Made by a program: the position numbers and the translations under genes
Shown here: piece by piece, positions 31,851 to 48,621 of the stretch
How the letters are laid out: every line of letters starts with the position of its first letter
How positions within the stretch are numbered: the stretch's first letter is position 1
Notes under the pieces: model-generated
The model's input: the letters and a program-made list of their open reading frames with translations, nothing else
The model's database searches: none
What the model was told of the DNA's origin: nothing
NCBI RefSeq assembly: GCF_009914755.1
Contig: NC_060926.1
Length of the DNA: 64,000 nt
Origin: the human T2T-CHM13v2.0 reference genome, Homo sapiens
Reading direction: 5' to 3' (one strand)

Positions 31851-32328
31851 GATTTTCTGAGGACGGTCGGTTTTAGTGTCTTGGAATCTCCTGGGTCAAA
31901 TGACTTTTCAAGCCTTCCAATAGGAATGTTAACCTTCTAACCTTGATGGAGTGGCAAGTGCAGGGTTTGACTAAGTGACAACACAGGCAGCTTAGTAAGA
32001 TGCCATGCCTGGTACTCGTCCTGTGTAGTGGAATCAGCGGCTCCCACGGGAGGAACCTGCTCTGTGAGCAGTGTGAAAATATCATGGGAAGTCGACTGAA
32101 GTGGGGAGGTGATGTGTGATGAGAGTGGGGGTTCCTGGGCTGGACTGCCCCTGTTTGTTGATACCATTAGTAGTTTTTGCTGTGATCTTCGGATGGATGC
32201 ACTCAAACAGCAGAGACACAGGAAGGTTTGGCTCCTTCTTGATGAAGTTAAATGTTGTGGGTGTGTTTCCTTCACTGTGTTTAACAATGGAACACAATGA
32301 ACCCTGGGACCTGCTGACAATGATGAGT

Positions 32329-32683
32329 TGCTATGGCCTGGATGTTTGTGTCCCTAAAAAATCCATATGTTGAGTGCTAACCCAGTGTGAGGGTATCAGG
32401 AGGTGGGGCCTTTGGGAAGTGATTAAGGCGTTAAGAGTGGAGGCTTCATGAATGGGATTAGTGCCCTTATAAAAGAGGCCACAGAGAGACCCCTTGCTTC
32501 TTCTGCCATTACGACTAGGAGGTGCTTTCTATGAACCAGACAGTGGGCCCTCACCAGACACCATCTGCTGGTGTCTTGATGTTGGACTCCCCAGCCTCCA
32601 GAGCTGTGAGAAATACATTTTTGTTGTTTCTAAGCCACCCAGTCTATGGCATTTTGTTATAGCAGCCAAAATGGACTAAAGCA
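32329..32683 (+). mobile_element. MaLR solo LTR, MLT1A-like
   Basis: 'tgctatggcctggatgtttgtgtccc...aatgggattagtgcccttataaaagagg...ttgttatagcagccaaaatggactaaagca'. Confidence 0.88.
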
Positions 32684-32707
32684 GGACTCAGTCAGGGCAG
32701 GATGCGA

Positions 32708-32830
32708 GTTAGAATCACATGGGAGTGTTATTATAATGCAGATTCCCAGTTCCTCTCAGAGCTCCTGAACTGCGGCCTCTGGGCAAGGGGATGGGACATT
32801 ACAGCTTTTAGAAGGTTCCCAGGTGACTGT
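32708..32830. mobile_element. MER5-like fragment
   Basis: 'ttagaatcacatggg...aatgcagattccc...ttccccaggtgact'. Confidence 0.6.
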
Positions 32831-32984
32831 GGGGCCACCAGCCCAGCACAGCCTGCAGACTGACACTTGGGGTCTCTAGCCAGGATGGACAAATGCCCCA
32901 GCACACTGGCTGTGGAGAAATGTGACATTAGTGGTGTTTGACGGTGTCACCTCCACTCCCTGGGCTAGTGACCTTGCAGACTAA

Positions 32985-33190
32985 AAGTAAAGCTAATGTT
33001 AACTGAGCACTTACTATGTGCAAGGTCTCTGCAACCCCGTGAGTTAGGAACTATTATCATCCCCAAAATGCAGATGATGGTATTGAGGCACAGAGAGGTT
33101 TGATTAACCGGTCCAAGGTGCCAGGGCAGGAGGGTGGCAAAGAACGTTCAAAGCTGACCTGCTGATCCAGACCCAGCTCCTGCCCCCACT
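32985..33190 (-). mobile_element. MIR SINE
   Basis: 'actgagcacttactatgtgc...tattatcatcccc...gcagatgatggtattgaggcacagagagg'. Confidence 0.8.
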
Positions 33191-33529
33191 CTGGATTGCC
33201 TCTGTAAGCAGGGGTGCCGTGGGGCTTGGGAGGGGCAGGAGCTGTGTGGTTTTCTGTGCTCTGCTATGCCCAGCTGAGTGTCTCTGGACCATTGCTTCCC
33301 TCCCCAGGCCATGGCTCATTATTCCAAGCTGCAGGGCCGGTGAGAGCTGGGACACGCACCCAGTGGCTGCCCCTCAGGCTGGAGCCCCCCGTTTCTTTTA
33401 CACCTGGCTTTGTGGACCCAGGGAACTAGGATGATGTCCAGGTAAAGAATTGGGGGCTGCCTTGGTTTCCCTTTATAGTGTGGTTTCCCTTTCTACTTCT
33501 GAAAAGTGGAAACACCCTTTCTGCTTCTT

Positions 33530-34050
33530 CATTTTTTAAAATAAGTTTTTAATTGTTTTATCTGATAGTGTACTCATTGTAATACATTAGAAAAATCAAA
33601 AGTATAAAACAATGCAGAAAACTCACCCACAATTCTTCCATTCACTGTTAACACTATCAAGGTTTTCTTTCCAGTATTTTCAAACTTGCTTTCTTGCTTT
33701 TCTTAATTGAGCTCATACTTTAAATAAAAATTTGCATTCTGATTTTAGTTCAGTGTTATATTGAAAACACTTCTGCACACCCTTAAAACAGCTTTTTGTA
33801 AACATTTTTCATCATTTCATAATATTCCAGCAATATGCAAATTTATTATTTCACCATTTCCCACATCTGGATTGTTTCAATTTCTTGCTATGATGAGAAT
33901 GCTTGATGAATATTTTAGTGTCTACGTCTTTACCCATGCCTCTGTGGGATTTTGCAGAAGCAGTATCAGTGGGTTATTACAAAGGCTCTTGATACAAATT
34001 GCAAAATTGCTTCCCTGAAAACTTGTGCTAACTCATCTTCCTGCCCTTGT
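33530..34050 (-). mobile_element. Old L1ME 3' fragment
   Basis: AT-rich antisense L1 3'UTR-like sequence ('gattgtttcaatttcttgctatgatg...gcaaaattgcttccc'). Confidence 0.6.
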
Positions 34051-35309
34051 GAGTTAATATTTGACCTCAAAGGGATGCTAGAAGTCTTCAGTTATGAAAT
34101 GACCCTCCAAATTAAATTGAGGCAGACAGAACGTGGAGTCAGCCCATCTCTCCGTGAAGGAGGCCCCTGGGGGACCTTCAGGCTCTATTAAGAGAGCACG
34201 TGGTCTGTTGGAATAGGAGGAATAAAACTCCTCTTCAGGCAGATTAGGCAGGTCATATTTGCCTGTTAAGCCTGTTATTTGTAATAGATCTCATTTTAAA
34301 AGATCCATTGCCAACATAATGTCAGATAATTTTCCATTGAATTGCCTTTTAGATTTTAATATGTTTCTGCTCAGTCACTTTGAGGAGTTTTTTTTTTTTT
34401 TAAATCTTTCTTTTTAAATGTTCCAAGTTTTCCATATCCCCACCCCCTTCCTGTGTCCAGGACAGACTTTTCAATCAACCCAGCACGATTTTCCTGCTAG
34501 ACCTGGAGACCCCCTCTGAAGCCTTTGCACTGCTTTACCCCAGGAAGTCATTGCCAATCAAAATAAGCTGGCACAGAAAATTTAAACTCATTTTCTGTCT
34601 CCTGTTAACCTCCCCAAATTGCAGCACATCTCACAGGGTGCTGTAACTGGTGGCTCAGTGGTTTCTCCCCGCCCACTAGTGAGTGGGCTTCTTGAGAGGA
34701 GATGAGTGAGTGGATGACTACTGAGGGAGGTGAGGAGGCTCTGGGTGATATTTTGGGGTGCAGTCTTCCATTGGTCCATATGGGATCCTTCAGCTCCTCT
34801 CTTATCAATGACTACATTGTCATCTACTCACGTTTAAGCCCAAGATGGCCTGACCTGGGCTTGAGATGCTTATAAAGTCCCTATTTTATACCTTCGAGAA
34901 CCCATTGCCCATGATTCCTCTCTTCTATACAAAGGCTTTTTTTTTTTTTCTTGGATTCATCTAAGGAGCCATTTTCCAAGGGAAAACTTGGGCAGCTGTA
35001 GGAGCTACGGGAAGCTTTGTGGACGTGGAGGCAGTGGGCAGGTGACAGGTGGCCTCCTCTCTGCTCCGGCCCACTCTTCATGGTCCACCTCTGTCCCATC
35101 AGGGACCCATTGCCATTGGCAGCGGTGAGTCGGGCTCTGGCTGATGGTGTCTCCTGAGGCTCAATGGAGTCACTCTGCAAAGGCGTGCAGCGTCCTCATT
35201 GCCAAGGCCCTCTTCCTATGTGGACTGTGAGCTTCTTGAGAGCAGAAGCCACACCTGATAACCCTGTTTCTTTCCTGGTGTTGACTGTTTGTAAATTGTA
35301 ATGATGATT

Positions 35310-36010
35310 CACTTGTTTCCTCATTCACCAAATAGTTACGGAGCCCCTTCTAAGGGCAGGCACTGTTCTAGGTGCTTGGGATTCCTGCCTCGAGGAGTGT
35401 ACATTCTTGGAGGATGGGGAGAAATTAAACAATCATCATGATGCATTTGTAATTTATGCAGTGTGGTGGAAGGTGACGAAGACAGAGCAAAACAGCCTAA
35501 GCAGATTGGAGTGCTGACCATCATTTTATATAGGGTGACCGAGGTAAGCCTCAATAAGCAGGAGACATTTCAGTGCAGCCTTGAAAGAGCTGGGGGCATT
35601 GGCATACAAGTGTCTATGGAGAGAATGTTCCAGGCAGAGGAGGCAGCGAGTGCAAGGGCCCTAGGGCAGAGTGGGACACTGAAGTGGCGAATGGAGGTCA
35701 CCGTGGAGGGACAGGGTCAGAGATGCCTGGGCCCCGTGAGCCTTTGTGAGGACTTGGGCTTTCCCCCTGAGACAGGCAGGAGCCTTGCTGAGATTGTAGG
35801 AACGGAGTGGGGAGACAGTTGGGAGGACTATGCTGAGGGTGATGGGAGTGTGAGCTGTGAGGGTGATGGGAAGTGGCCAGATCCTGGATGTATTTTGAAG
35901 GGAGAGCTGGCAGAGTTTCCAGGTCATGGGATCTCAGAGGAGTCAAAGCTGACTCTAAGATATTGAGCTGAGCAATTGGAAGCCTAGCGCTGGTCACTGA
36001 GGGGAATGGC
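35310..36010 (-). mobile_element. L2 (L2a-like)
   Basis: 'cattcaccaaatagtta...ggcactgttctaggtgct...gaatgttccaggcagagg...gtgcaagggcccta...agtggccagatcctggatgtattttgaagg'. Confidence 0.8.
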
Positions 36011-36507
36011 AAGGCCGTGGGAGGCGTGGGTTTTGGACAAGAGGTGGAAGGACCAGCAGCGAGGCTTGGGCATGCTGGGCTGGAGGTGCCCACCAGACCT
36101 GCAGGAGTGGTCACAGGTGGGCAGGCAGGCTGTGGGTGCGGCTGGTGGATGCACGCAGCCTGTGGAAACTCTCTTCTACCTCCTCTGTGTCCTTGGTGAA
36201 GCAGGACCATCACTGCTGAGAGTGAGGATGGGGAGAGTCCTGGGAGAGATGGGCAGGTGAGACTCAACCTCAACCATCTGTCTGTGTGGATGAAGGCATG
36301 CGCCACGGAGCTTCAGGGGCTCGGGGGAAGCCCGTTGTCATGAACTGAGCGGGTGGCCAGTCACTGGGGTTTGCCTGTCTTTGGCTGTGTGTATTTAGCT
36401 GCAGGGCATGGGGGGAGCTGGGCTTCATCTTCGCTGGGCTTTGGTCTCCTGTGTAGGGCAACGTGCAAGGAGGCCTAGGTTGGCCTCCTTGCAGTCCATT
36501 CCCCATG

Positions 36508-36990
36508 GAGCAGCCAAAGGAATATTTAAAAAATGGACATCAGATGATGACATTCTCTTGTGAAAATCACTCCAAATCCTCCCATTTCTCTTAGAAAGAC
36601 ATTCAAAAGCCAGAGGATAGCCAAAAGGGCCCTGCAGGGCCTAGCCCTCACTACCCTCCGACCCTGTTTTCTACAAGATTGTCCTCTCTCACTGCACTCC
36701 AGCCACACTGGTAGGACCCAGAGCCTTTGCATGCATTGTCCTTTCGCCTGGAACAGCCTAGACCCTGCAAGATCTCCCTCAGAGAGGCCCACTCTCTGAA
36801 ACAGTCCTGAGACTATCTATCTCCTTCCTCCATTGTGTCTTTCCCCATAGTGGTTATCACTGCCTGTTACTATATTACATATTTATCTATGTTCTCTCCT
36901 CCACAACAGAATAGAGGCTCTGTTGGGGCAAGCACCGCTCTGTGTGTCCGGAGGCTTCAACCCATAGCATGCTGCTCATACATGAATCAC
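36508..36990 (+). mobile_element. L2 (L2a-like)
   Basis: 'tctctcactgcactccagccacactgg...gcctttgcatgcattgtcctttcgcctggaacagc'. Confidence 0.75.
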
Positions 36991-37019
36991 TTCACAAAAG
37001 CCACAAAAGTTATCTACAT

Positions 37020-38750
<1,731 letters not shown>

Positions 38751-39799
38751 AGTAGTTTCTTATGTATATGCTTGCAATGAACATGACTGTGCGGGAACCT
38801 CTGGACAGAGCCAAACGTCTGTGCGTTAAGAGTTGCCTCTGGTGGGGTCTGTGGGACGGTGGGCCTGGGGTGGGAGTGACCTAATATTAGCTTGGAGACC
38901 AAGCTTCTCTGAGGGTGGAGCAGACATTTTCAAATCCAACATGACTAAGGGGGCTGTAAAGAAGCCAGGTCTTCCCCCGTGAGTCCCTACGCTTCATGCC
39001 ACCACCAGGCCACCAGCCCAGGGCATTGTCTTGAAATGTCTGCTTGTTTGCAGTCAGAGACCCAGTAGGCCAGGAAGACCCTTGGCTCTGCATGGGGGAA
39101 GAAGACAGGAAGTGGAGGGAAGAACATTCTAGAACATTCTAGGCCCAGGGCAGGAATGTAGAGAAGGATTTTGCCTCTGCTGTTTGCTGGGATCTTGAGT
39201 GGTGAGGAGGGGGTGCAGAACACAGGGAACTCCTCTATAGATACTGGTGACACTGCCTTGGCCCCTCTGTGGCAGGCTGTTGCCTACACCAGGGGCCCGG
39301 GGAGGGGCTCTTCCTCCAGTTGGCAGCTTGTGCTGGGCACTGTTCCCTGCACAGGGTGATGGAGGAAATTAGCTTCAGCCCCTTGCAGCAAGGAGCTCAC
39401 AGTTTGGCAGTGAGAATGCTACAGCGTGGGATGGGCCCGGGCTGGGAGCTCCTCCAAGGCTGGAGCTGGATCTCCCTTGACTAAATTAACTAACAACAAA
39501 GGAATGAATGAGCTAGCCAGCCCAGGGAGCTTTGGAGTACCAAGCGGGGGTGTGGAGTCTCACTCGGAGTGGGACCTCAGGCCAGGCCAGAAGACTTTCT
39601 GGAGCAAGAGCTGTGGAAGCTGAGTCAGAGGGGTGGACAACAGGAATTCTCTCTTGAGGCTGATCCCACTGTCCTGTGGCAGGGGCCCAGCCTGCTCCAG
39701 CAGACAGACACTGGGCCCCTGGAAGACCACTCAGCCACCCACCTCTTTATGTCATGGAAAGCGCAGAAAGCACAGTTACTATCTGCCCTGCAATAGACA

Positions 39800-40196
<397 letters not shown>

Positions 40197-40219
40197 TAGC
40201 AGTGAACTGAAAAGAAACA

Positions 40220-40900
40220 GAAGCCGGCTCATTGTCATGACACACATGGGTCTCACCATGCCCTTCACCCAGAGCTGCTGGCCCGAGAGAACTTGAGAAG
40301 GCCCGTTGAGTCTTGGGAACAGCACTAGCTAAGGGTCTGCATGCTGCAGAGCTGGGGTCCTACCTTCAGGATCCATATATGCCTTGAACATAACCATGAC
40401 TGGATGCAGTTTCTCCCAGGGCCAGGACACCTGGGTCTGAGAACCAAGAGGTGGCTGCATGGAGGGCTCCTTTCTGTGATCGCTAAGGCCCTTCTTGCAA
40501 TGTATGCTACTGGTTCCACAGTCATGGTCCCTGCTTGTTTTCATGAAAGTCTTGGTTCCTAAGGAAGAAATGTGACAATTGCTTCATGGAAGTTAATTTG
40601 TGAATGGCACTCAGCTGCTTTGGATCCACAACATCATTGCCCAGTGAGCAAAGCAGAGGACTTCCACACTGGCTGGGTGCTTGGGCCCGGAGAAGAACGT
40701 GTCTGGAACATGGGGTACCTCTTTGTGCTAGTACATGGTAAAAACGAATGGAAGGATACAACAATCCAATATAGGTCATGGCTTAGATCCTTCAGGAATG
40801 AAGGTTTGGGTCACCTTGCCAGGTAATTAACCATGATCAGCCAAGGTGTGGGCTGCGGTGAAGGACACGTGGCCTGGATTGTGGGAAAGGAAGGTTGTCA
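40220..40900 (+). mobile_element. ERVL internal remnant (integrase/pol 3' end)
   Basis: 'gatccttcaggaatgaaggtttgggtcacc' translates to DPSGMKVWVT, a conserved ERV-L 3' motif. Upstream 'caccatgcccttcacccagagctgctggc' gives HP.AAG. Confidence 0.7.
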
Positions 40901-41239
40901 AGGCCCACCAGGGCTGTAAAAGCTCCGTGTGAATTTGTCCTTGCTTTATTGTGTATTTGTATATATTTACCCAGTTCTCTCTTATCTCTCTGTCCACTCC
41001 TTGCTAATATGAAGCACTAGTTATGGGATCTCCAACAGGGGTCGTGACTCAGCTGGAAATGGGAGGAATCTTCTCCAGAGGCGGATACCTGGTTGACTGG
41101 CCTTTGCATCTTCCCTTTTAGAGGAATGATTGAATTTACACTGATGGTGTGAGGGATGGCTGCATTGTGCAAGACGCAGCACACTGCTGCTCTGGCTGTT
41201 TGGAAGTTTGGTACGGGTGTAGGGATCTGAGGTGGCAAA

Positions 41240-41627
41240 GGTGTCAATTGTGCTGGATTGCCTGTTGGTGACTCGGCTTCACTGCCCCACCTTCTTTTCT
41301 GCATAGTTGCCGGCGAGGAGCCTACAACTGCATTTCCTGCAATCCCCTTCCTCAAGGTCTGGGTAGAGTCAGCCAAGGAGGGGCACTCATATGAGATTTG
41401 GAAGGTGAAAGAGAAAGGGAACCCAGTGGCAATTGATGGCAGCTTTTCAGGGTCCCCTGCTTTGGTGCTGTGAGCAGCTGAGATAATTTTTGGTGGCCTC
41501 CTTGACCCTTGCATCCCAGCCTTCCAACAGGTGAAAGCTTTGCATTCCCCTCGTTAAAGCCATTTCCGTTCACAATGGAGGATCTCAAGTGGTTTCCATT
41601 TTCCTCACCAAACCCTGCCTCATGCAA
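41240..41627 (+). mobile_element. Probable ERVL LTR (LTR40/41-like) following the ERVL internal remnant
   Basis: 'ctacaactgcatttcc...tcagccaaggagggcactcatatgagatttggaagg' and 3' end 'tttcctcaccaaaccctgcctcatgca'. Confidence 0.5.
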
Positions 41628-41882
41628 CTCATTTCAGCTGCTGCAGTGTGCTGGGCCCATGAACCCAGAGTGTGCACACGGGCTGGAAGATATTTACTGG
41701 TAATTTCTAGAAAAATTGACATATGCACCCTTACCTGGCCTGTCTGCAGGGCAAAGTTCTCAAGGCAGTGTGGGGTTCCGTGGTCTGGATCTGTTTGGCA
41801 GAGTCTGTATGCCCAGTTAAATGAATTTACAGATGATTTGAACTATGTTTAAACTTTCCTCATAAAATCGACAAGTACCTTA

Positions 41883-42361
<479 letters not shown>

Positions 42362-43066
42362 TTAAAATAAATAGATCTTTGGATAATTGTGCATAGTGTT
42401 CATAGTGTTCTATGCTATAGTGTTAGATGTTATAGTACATTAATAGAGAAGCCCACAATAATCTCTCATGTATGGATAAGAGCGTGTACCTGCGTGTGCC
42501 TTTGCTTGTCCTGGTTGATTTGAGTGGTGAGTAAGGTGGAGGTGGGAAGAGGTTATTTGGGGAAAGGCTTTTGTTTTCTTTCCATTGCATTTTAAAAATA
42601 ATAGTTAGCTACATGGATATTATTTTTGAATATCAATTCCATGTTCAGGCACTTTACTGAATTCTCTTAGTTTTCAAATAGTTTTTCAATTGATTCTTCT
42701 GATTCTTCCAGGTATATGAATAATAATAATTTTGCTTTCTTCTTCCCAATTTGTATATCAAACCACCAGACCCAGATTGAATTCTATATCATCAAAGGAT
42801 AGAATTTGAATGCACATTTAAGCTCTCCAAGAATTTAGAGAGAAAAGGAAAACCTCAAAATTATTTGATGGAGTCAGCATAAAATTCACACCAAAACCAG
42901 ACAAAAAGAGCACAGAAATAAAAACATATCAATTAATGCAAAAAGTTGAAATACAATGTTAGCTAATCAAATCTATAAATAAAATTGAGAAACAACGCAA
43001 TGCAATCAGGAGAGGCTCATTTCAAAAATGCAAAGGTGTTTTACTATTAGGAAATAATTAGTATTA

Positions 43067-43376
<310 letters not shown>

Positions 43377-44060
43377 CCTGGGAAATAATTTCCCATATTA
43401 AGGGGTCATTAGAGGGGTAAAAAACCCATGATGATCTCCATTGAAGCCAAAATGGTATTTGATAAAAGTGTTTAGTCATACCTAAAACAGGAATAGCTAA
43501 GTACTTCCTTAATGTATCAGGAGAAACAAACTCAAACAAGACACCAGCTTTCTATTGAATAGGGAAATGCAAGAATATGCCATTAAAGCAGATATAAGGC
43601 TATTTCCATTACTATTTCTATATAATAGTATTTCTATCATATATAATAGTATTTCTACTACTATTTTCATCACTATTATTTGAGCTTGTGTGAGAAGGAC
43701 TAACTAGTACAGCTAGAAAATATAAAAAGAATAAGATATAAAAACTGGGATGGAGGGAGCAAAATTATCATTATTTTCAGGTGGCTTAATTGTGTACCTG
43801 AAGGAAGTAGAATTTAGTGAAAACTTACTGGAAAAACAAGGGAATTCAGCAAAAATAATGGAATTGAGATATTTTCCTATGGTAACTTATCTACTATTTT
43901 TTTTTACATTCTACATATTTTTTCTTATATTCAAATTTGATAACTCATATTTTCCTGAAAAGTAATTCATTTCTTCCAGGTTTTATGTGCATTGCATAGA
44001 TTTGAGCAAAATATGCTTCTGTTATGTTTTACAATTTTTTTTCTGATTTGATTGGAATGA

Positions 44061-44440
44061 TGTGCTTTGAATTCTCCATTTGCCCCTCTCCAATCTGTTT
44101 TTCACCTTTTTTGCCCTATTCTGGGCCCTAAAAGGCTGATGTTTGTGGCTGTGTCACCTGAGCAACCTTGCTGCCAGCCGGCTTCCAGGTGGGTTCCAGG
44201 CAGGATGGGGGAAGGCAGCAGAGGGCAGGAGGAGGGGCTCCTTCCAGCTCACCCTGCCTGTCACTTTGCTGGAAGTTCCTGCCCTCGCCAGGCTTCTTGC
44301 TTCTTCATTCCTAAGGTGGGGAGAGCTTCTAGCTGCTGCTCCTCTCTGGGTGCCTCGGGCTCACTCCCTGGTTCCTTTCATCCTGCCCACCACTCTGTAA
44401 GCAGGTCGGCCATCAAGGTCGAAGCCCAGCATTTGTAAAT
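44061..44440 (+). mobile_element. ERVL-class LTR fragment (LTR33/LTR41-like)
   Basis: 'attctccatttgcccctctccaatctg...aggctga...ggcttccaggtgggttc'. Confidence 0.55.
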
Positions 44441-45009
44441 GTCCCATAGATTTTGAAAAGCAGGTGGCATTCTGTTTGCTGGGCATAGTGTGAGATATAA
44501 TTATTCATTTTGTTACATGGACCCCCATCCTTAATCTCTTGTCATTGTTGTGATTTATATGATTGATTGGTCATAGGCAGAGGGAGGCTAGTCAAATCTG
44601 TTTGCTACTGTTGAATTTCTATTTTCTTTGTATTTACTGTAGTTTTTCCTTTTATAATTTGGTGCCCCATTATTTGGCATATACATTTTCCTGAGTTAGA
44701 ACTTCATTGTATATTATACTCTTTATCATTCCGCAGTGCTTTTCTCCTCTCCCCAGTGCCTTCCCTCGGATCACCTTGACTGATGACCCCATCACAGCCC
44801 TGGCTTCACTCTGTCTGGCTTTGCCCAGCCATTCACATTCAGGTTCTCAGTGACTTTGCTGCAGATATATCTCTTTGTTTTCCACAAACAAATTTTTAAA
44901 ATGTAATCTTTAAAATGTGAGTTTATTCAGTTATACTTGTTGATATATCAAGAAAGTCTGGTCTTACTTCTATCATCTTTTTAATATTACGTTATACTGA
45001 GGGTTCTTT

Positions 45010-45812
<803 letters not shown>

Positions 45813-46967
45813 CCAATATTTTGAATGTTTGCATGTTTAAGATTGCCCATTGCTAAACGTGGCTTACTAGGAAGTTTATGGTCATAGCTTACTCCTATGA
45901 ATTTCAAATACCTATTTCTGAGGTTTTCTGGAATCTGGTGGTATTAGGAGAAATCTAAAGGCAGCCTGGTTTCTTTCTAGGTAAGGAACTTTTTTTTTTT
46001 GTGGGGGCAGAGTGGGGGGGCTGGATACCTAAAGAATTTCTTCTTTATCCTAGCAAATGATTTGATGTTGATTTTCCTGTATCATTATCTTCTGAAATAT
46101 GTTGTGTCCATTCAAACTTTAGTTATACATTCTTCCTTTTTCTTCAGGAATTTTTTTCTCATTTTCATTGGATATTTTAATTTCCATTTGGTAGGTTCCC
46201 TCATTTAGGGATACCATTTATCCATAAGTTGGATACTTTTTGTTTGCTTTTCATGTCCATTGATATCTGTTTAATTACTTTAATCATGTTATCTTTTCAT
46301 TCTGCATTAATTTTGATTATATTCAGTATTTCCTCTATGCCAGAAACTTGGTAATCAGTCATGTCTTTTCTTTTCTGTTTCTAATTTACTTATTAGTTCT
46401 GTAAAAGCTCTTTGTTTCCTTAGCTCCTTAATCTCCCCTTGTTATGCCATTCTACCATTTTAATCATCTTTAAAATCTGTAAATCCACCATAGTGTAGCA
46501 GAGCCCTTCCACATTTATCTCCTGTAATCCTTACGACAATTTTAAAGAACAGATATTATCTTCTTGCCTCAGCATCTTACTATAAAAACTTTTCACATAC
46601 AGGAAAGATGACAGAATTTTACAGTGAACTCCCATCTTCTTAACACCTAAATTCTACAACCAAGATTTTATTACATTTGCTTTACTATCTCTCTTTCTTT
46701 CTAAATCTTTCTTTCCATTCCTCAATCCCTTGCATTTCAAAGTTGCAGACATCAGTACACTTCCTCCAAATACATTAGCAGAATCTCTATTTTTGAGTTC
46801 TTTCATTGCCTTTCTGTTCTGTGTAAGATTTTCTTTAACATGAAGCACTCTTGGAATTTTCTACCATTTTTTATTCCTCCCCTCTCCATGCAAGATTTGA
46901 TTATTCATCTTTTTTTTCTTTCCTAGAATGTTTTAACATTTTATCTATTTATTTTTGTGATCTTATA

Positions 46968-48246
46968 TGAGGTGACTTCAAAAAGTTGGGAGAAAAATAG
47001 AACTAAAAGATAAAAGTAAAATATATAAAATTTATTTCTCAACGTAAGTTTCATCAAGTTCAAGGCACTTTTGTAAGTGGTGATACCAGCCATTTAGTTA
47101 ATCTGTAAAGAACTGAGGATCCTAGGAATTTAACCATATCAGTACAGACTTTTTTACATTGTTAAGTGAAGAAAAATAGGTGCCTTAAAATAAATTTTAA
47201 GGTTAGGAAGCAAAAAGAAGACAGACGACGTCAAATCAGTACTGTAAGGTGGCTGCCTAGTGATTTCCCATTGAAATACTCACAGAATTGTCCTTGTTGG
47301 ATGAGAAGAATGAACAAGAGCATTGTTGTGGAGGAGGACTCTCTGATGAAGCTTTCCCAGGTGTTTTTCTGCTAAAGCTTTGGCTAACTTTATCAAAACA
47401 CTCTCATAATAAGATGTTATTGTTATTTGGCTTTCTGCAAGTCAACAAGCAAAATGCCTCGAGCATCCTAAAGAACTGTTTCCAAGTTCTTTGCTCTTGA
47501 CAAGTCCACCTTAGCTTTGACTGGACCCTTTCCACCTCTTGGTAGCCACTGGTTTGATTGTCTTTTGTCTTCAGGACCATACTGGCAGAGCCATATTTCA
47601 TCTATTGCAATTCTTAGAAGAAACGCTTCAGGATCTCGATCCCACTTGTTTAAGATTTCCATCGGCAACCCTGCTCTTGTCTGCAGCTGATCTTGGTGCA
47701 ACAGTTTTGGCATCCATTAAATGGAAAGTTTGCTCAACCTTCAGTTTTCAATTACATTGTGAACTGATTGAGAGGTCTATGGTGTTGGCTATTTGTGCTG
47801 TTAATCACCAGCCCTCTTCAATTAGGGCACAAACAAGATTAATTTTTTCCTGGCAAGTCGATGTAGATGGTTTGGTGCTGTGGGCTTCATCTTCAACATG
47901 AACTCATCCCTTCTTAGAAAGAGTTATTGATTTGTGAACTGCTGATTCCTTTGGAGCATTGTCCTCATAAGCTTTTCATAAAGTATCCATGATGTCACTG
48001 TTCTTCCACCCAAGTTTCACCGGAAATTTGCTCTTTGTTCTTGCTTCTATTTTAGCAGAATTCATATTGCTCTGATAGGGACTCTTCAAATTGTTGTCTT
48101 ATCTTTCCTGTTTCCCCAAACTAGATTCTGTTCAGACATGTTATAACAAGTTAGTACAAGTTTATTTTGGCACAAAAGAATTTGAAATCCCTGCATAGTT
48201 TTTTTGATAATAGACATTGACCATGAACTTTTTGAGGACCCCTCCA
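46968..48246 (-). mobile_element. Near-full-length Hsmar2 mariner DNA transposon with a dead transposase
   Basis: TIRs 'tgaggtgacttcaaaaagtt' and 'aactttttgaggacccctc' flanked by TA, ~1.28 kb apart. Minus-strand ORF 47468-47713 'PKLLHQDQLQTRA...RIAIDEIWLCQYGPEDKRQSNQWLPRGG' is mariner transposase. Confidence 0.92.
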
Positions 48247-48309
48247 TAGCTGCTATGCCATCTCTTTTCATTTTAATGTATGTAGCTCCGTCAGGTCTTC
48301 CCATTGGTT

Positions 48310-48621
<312 letters not shown>

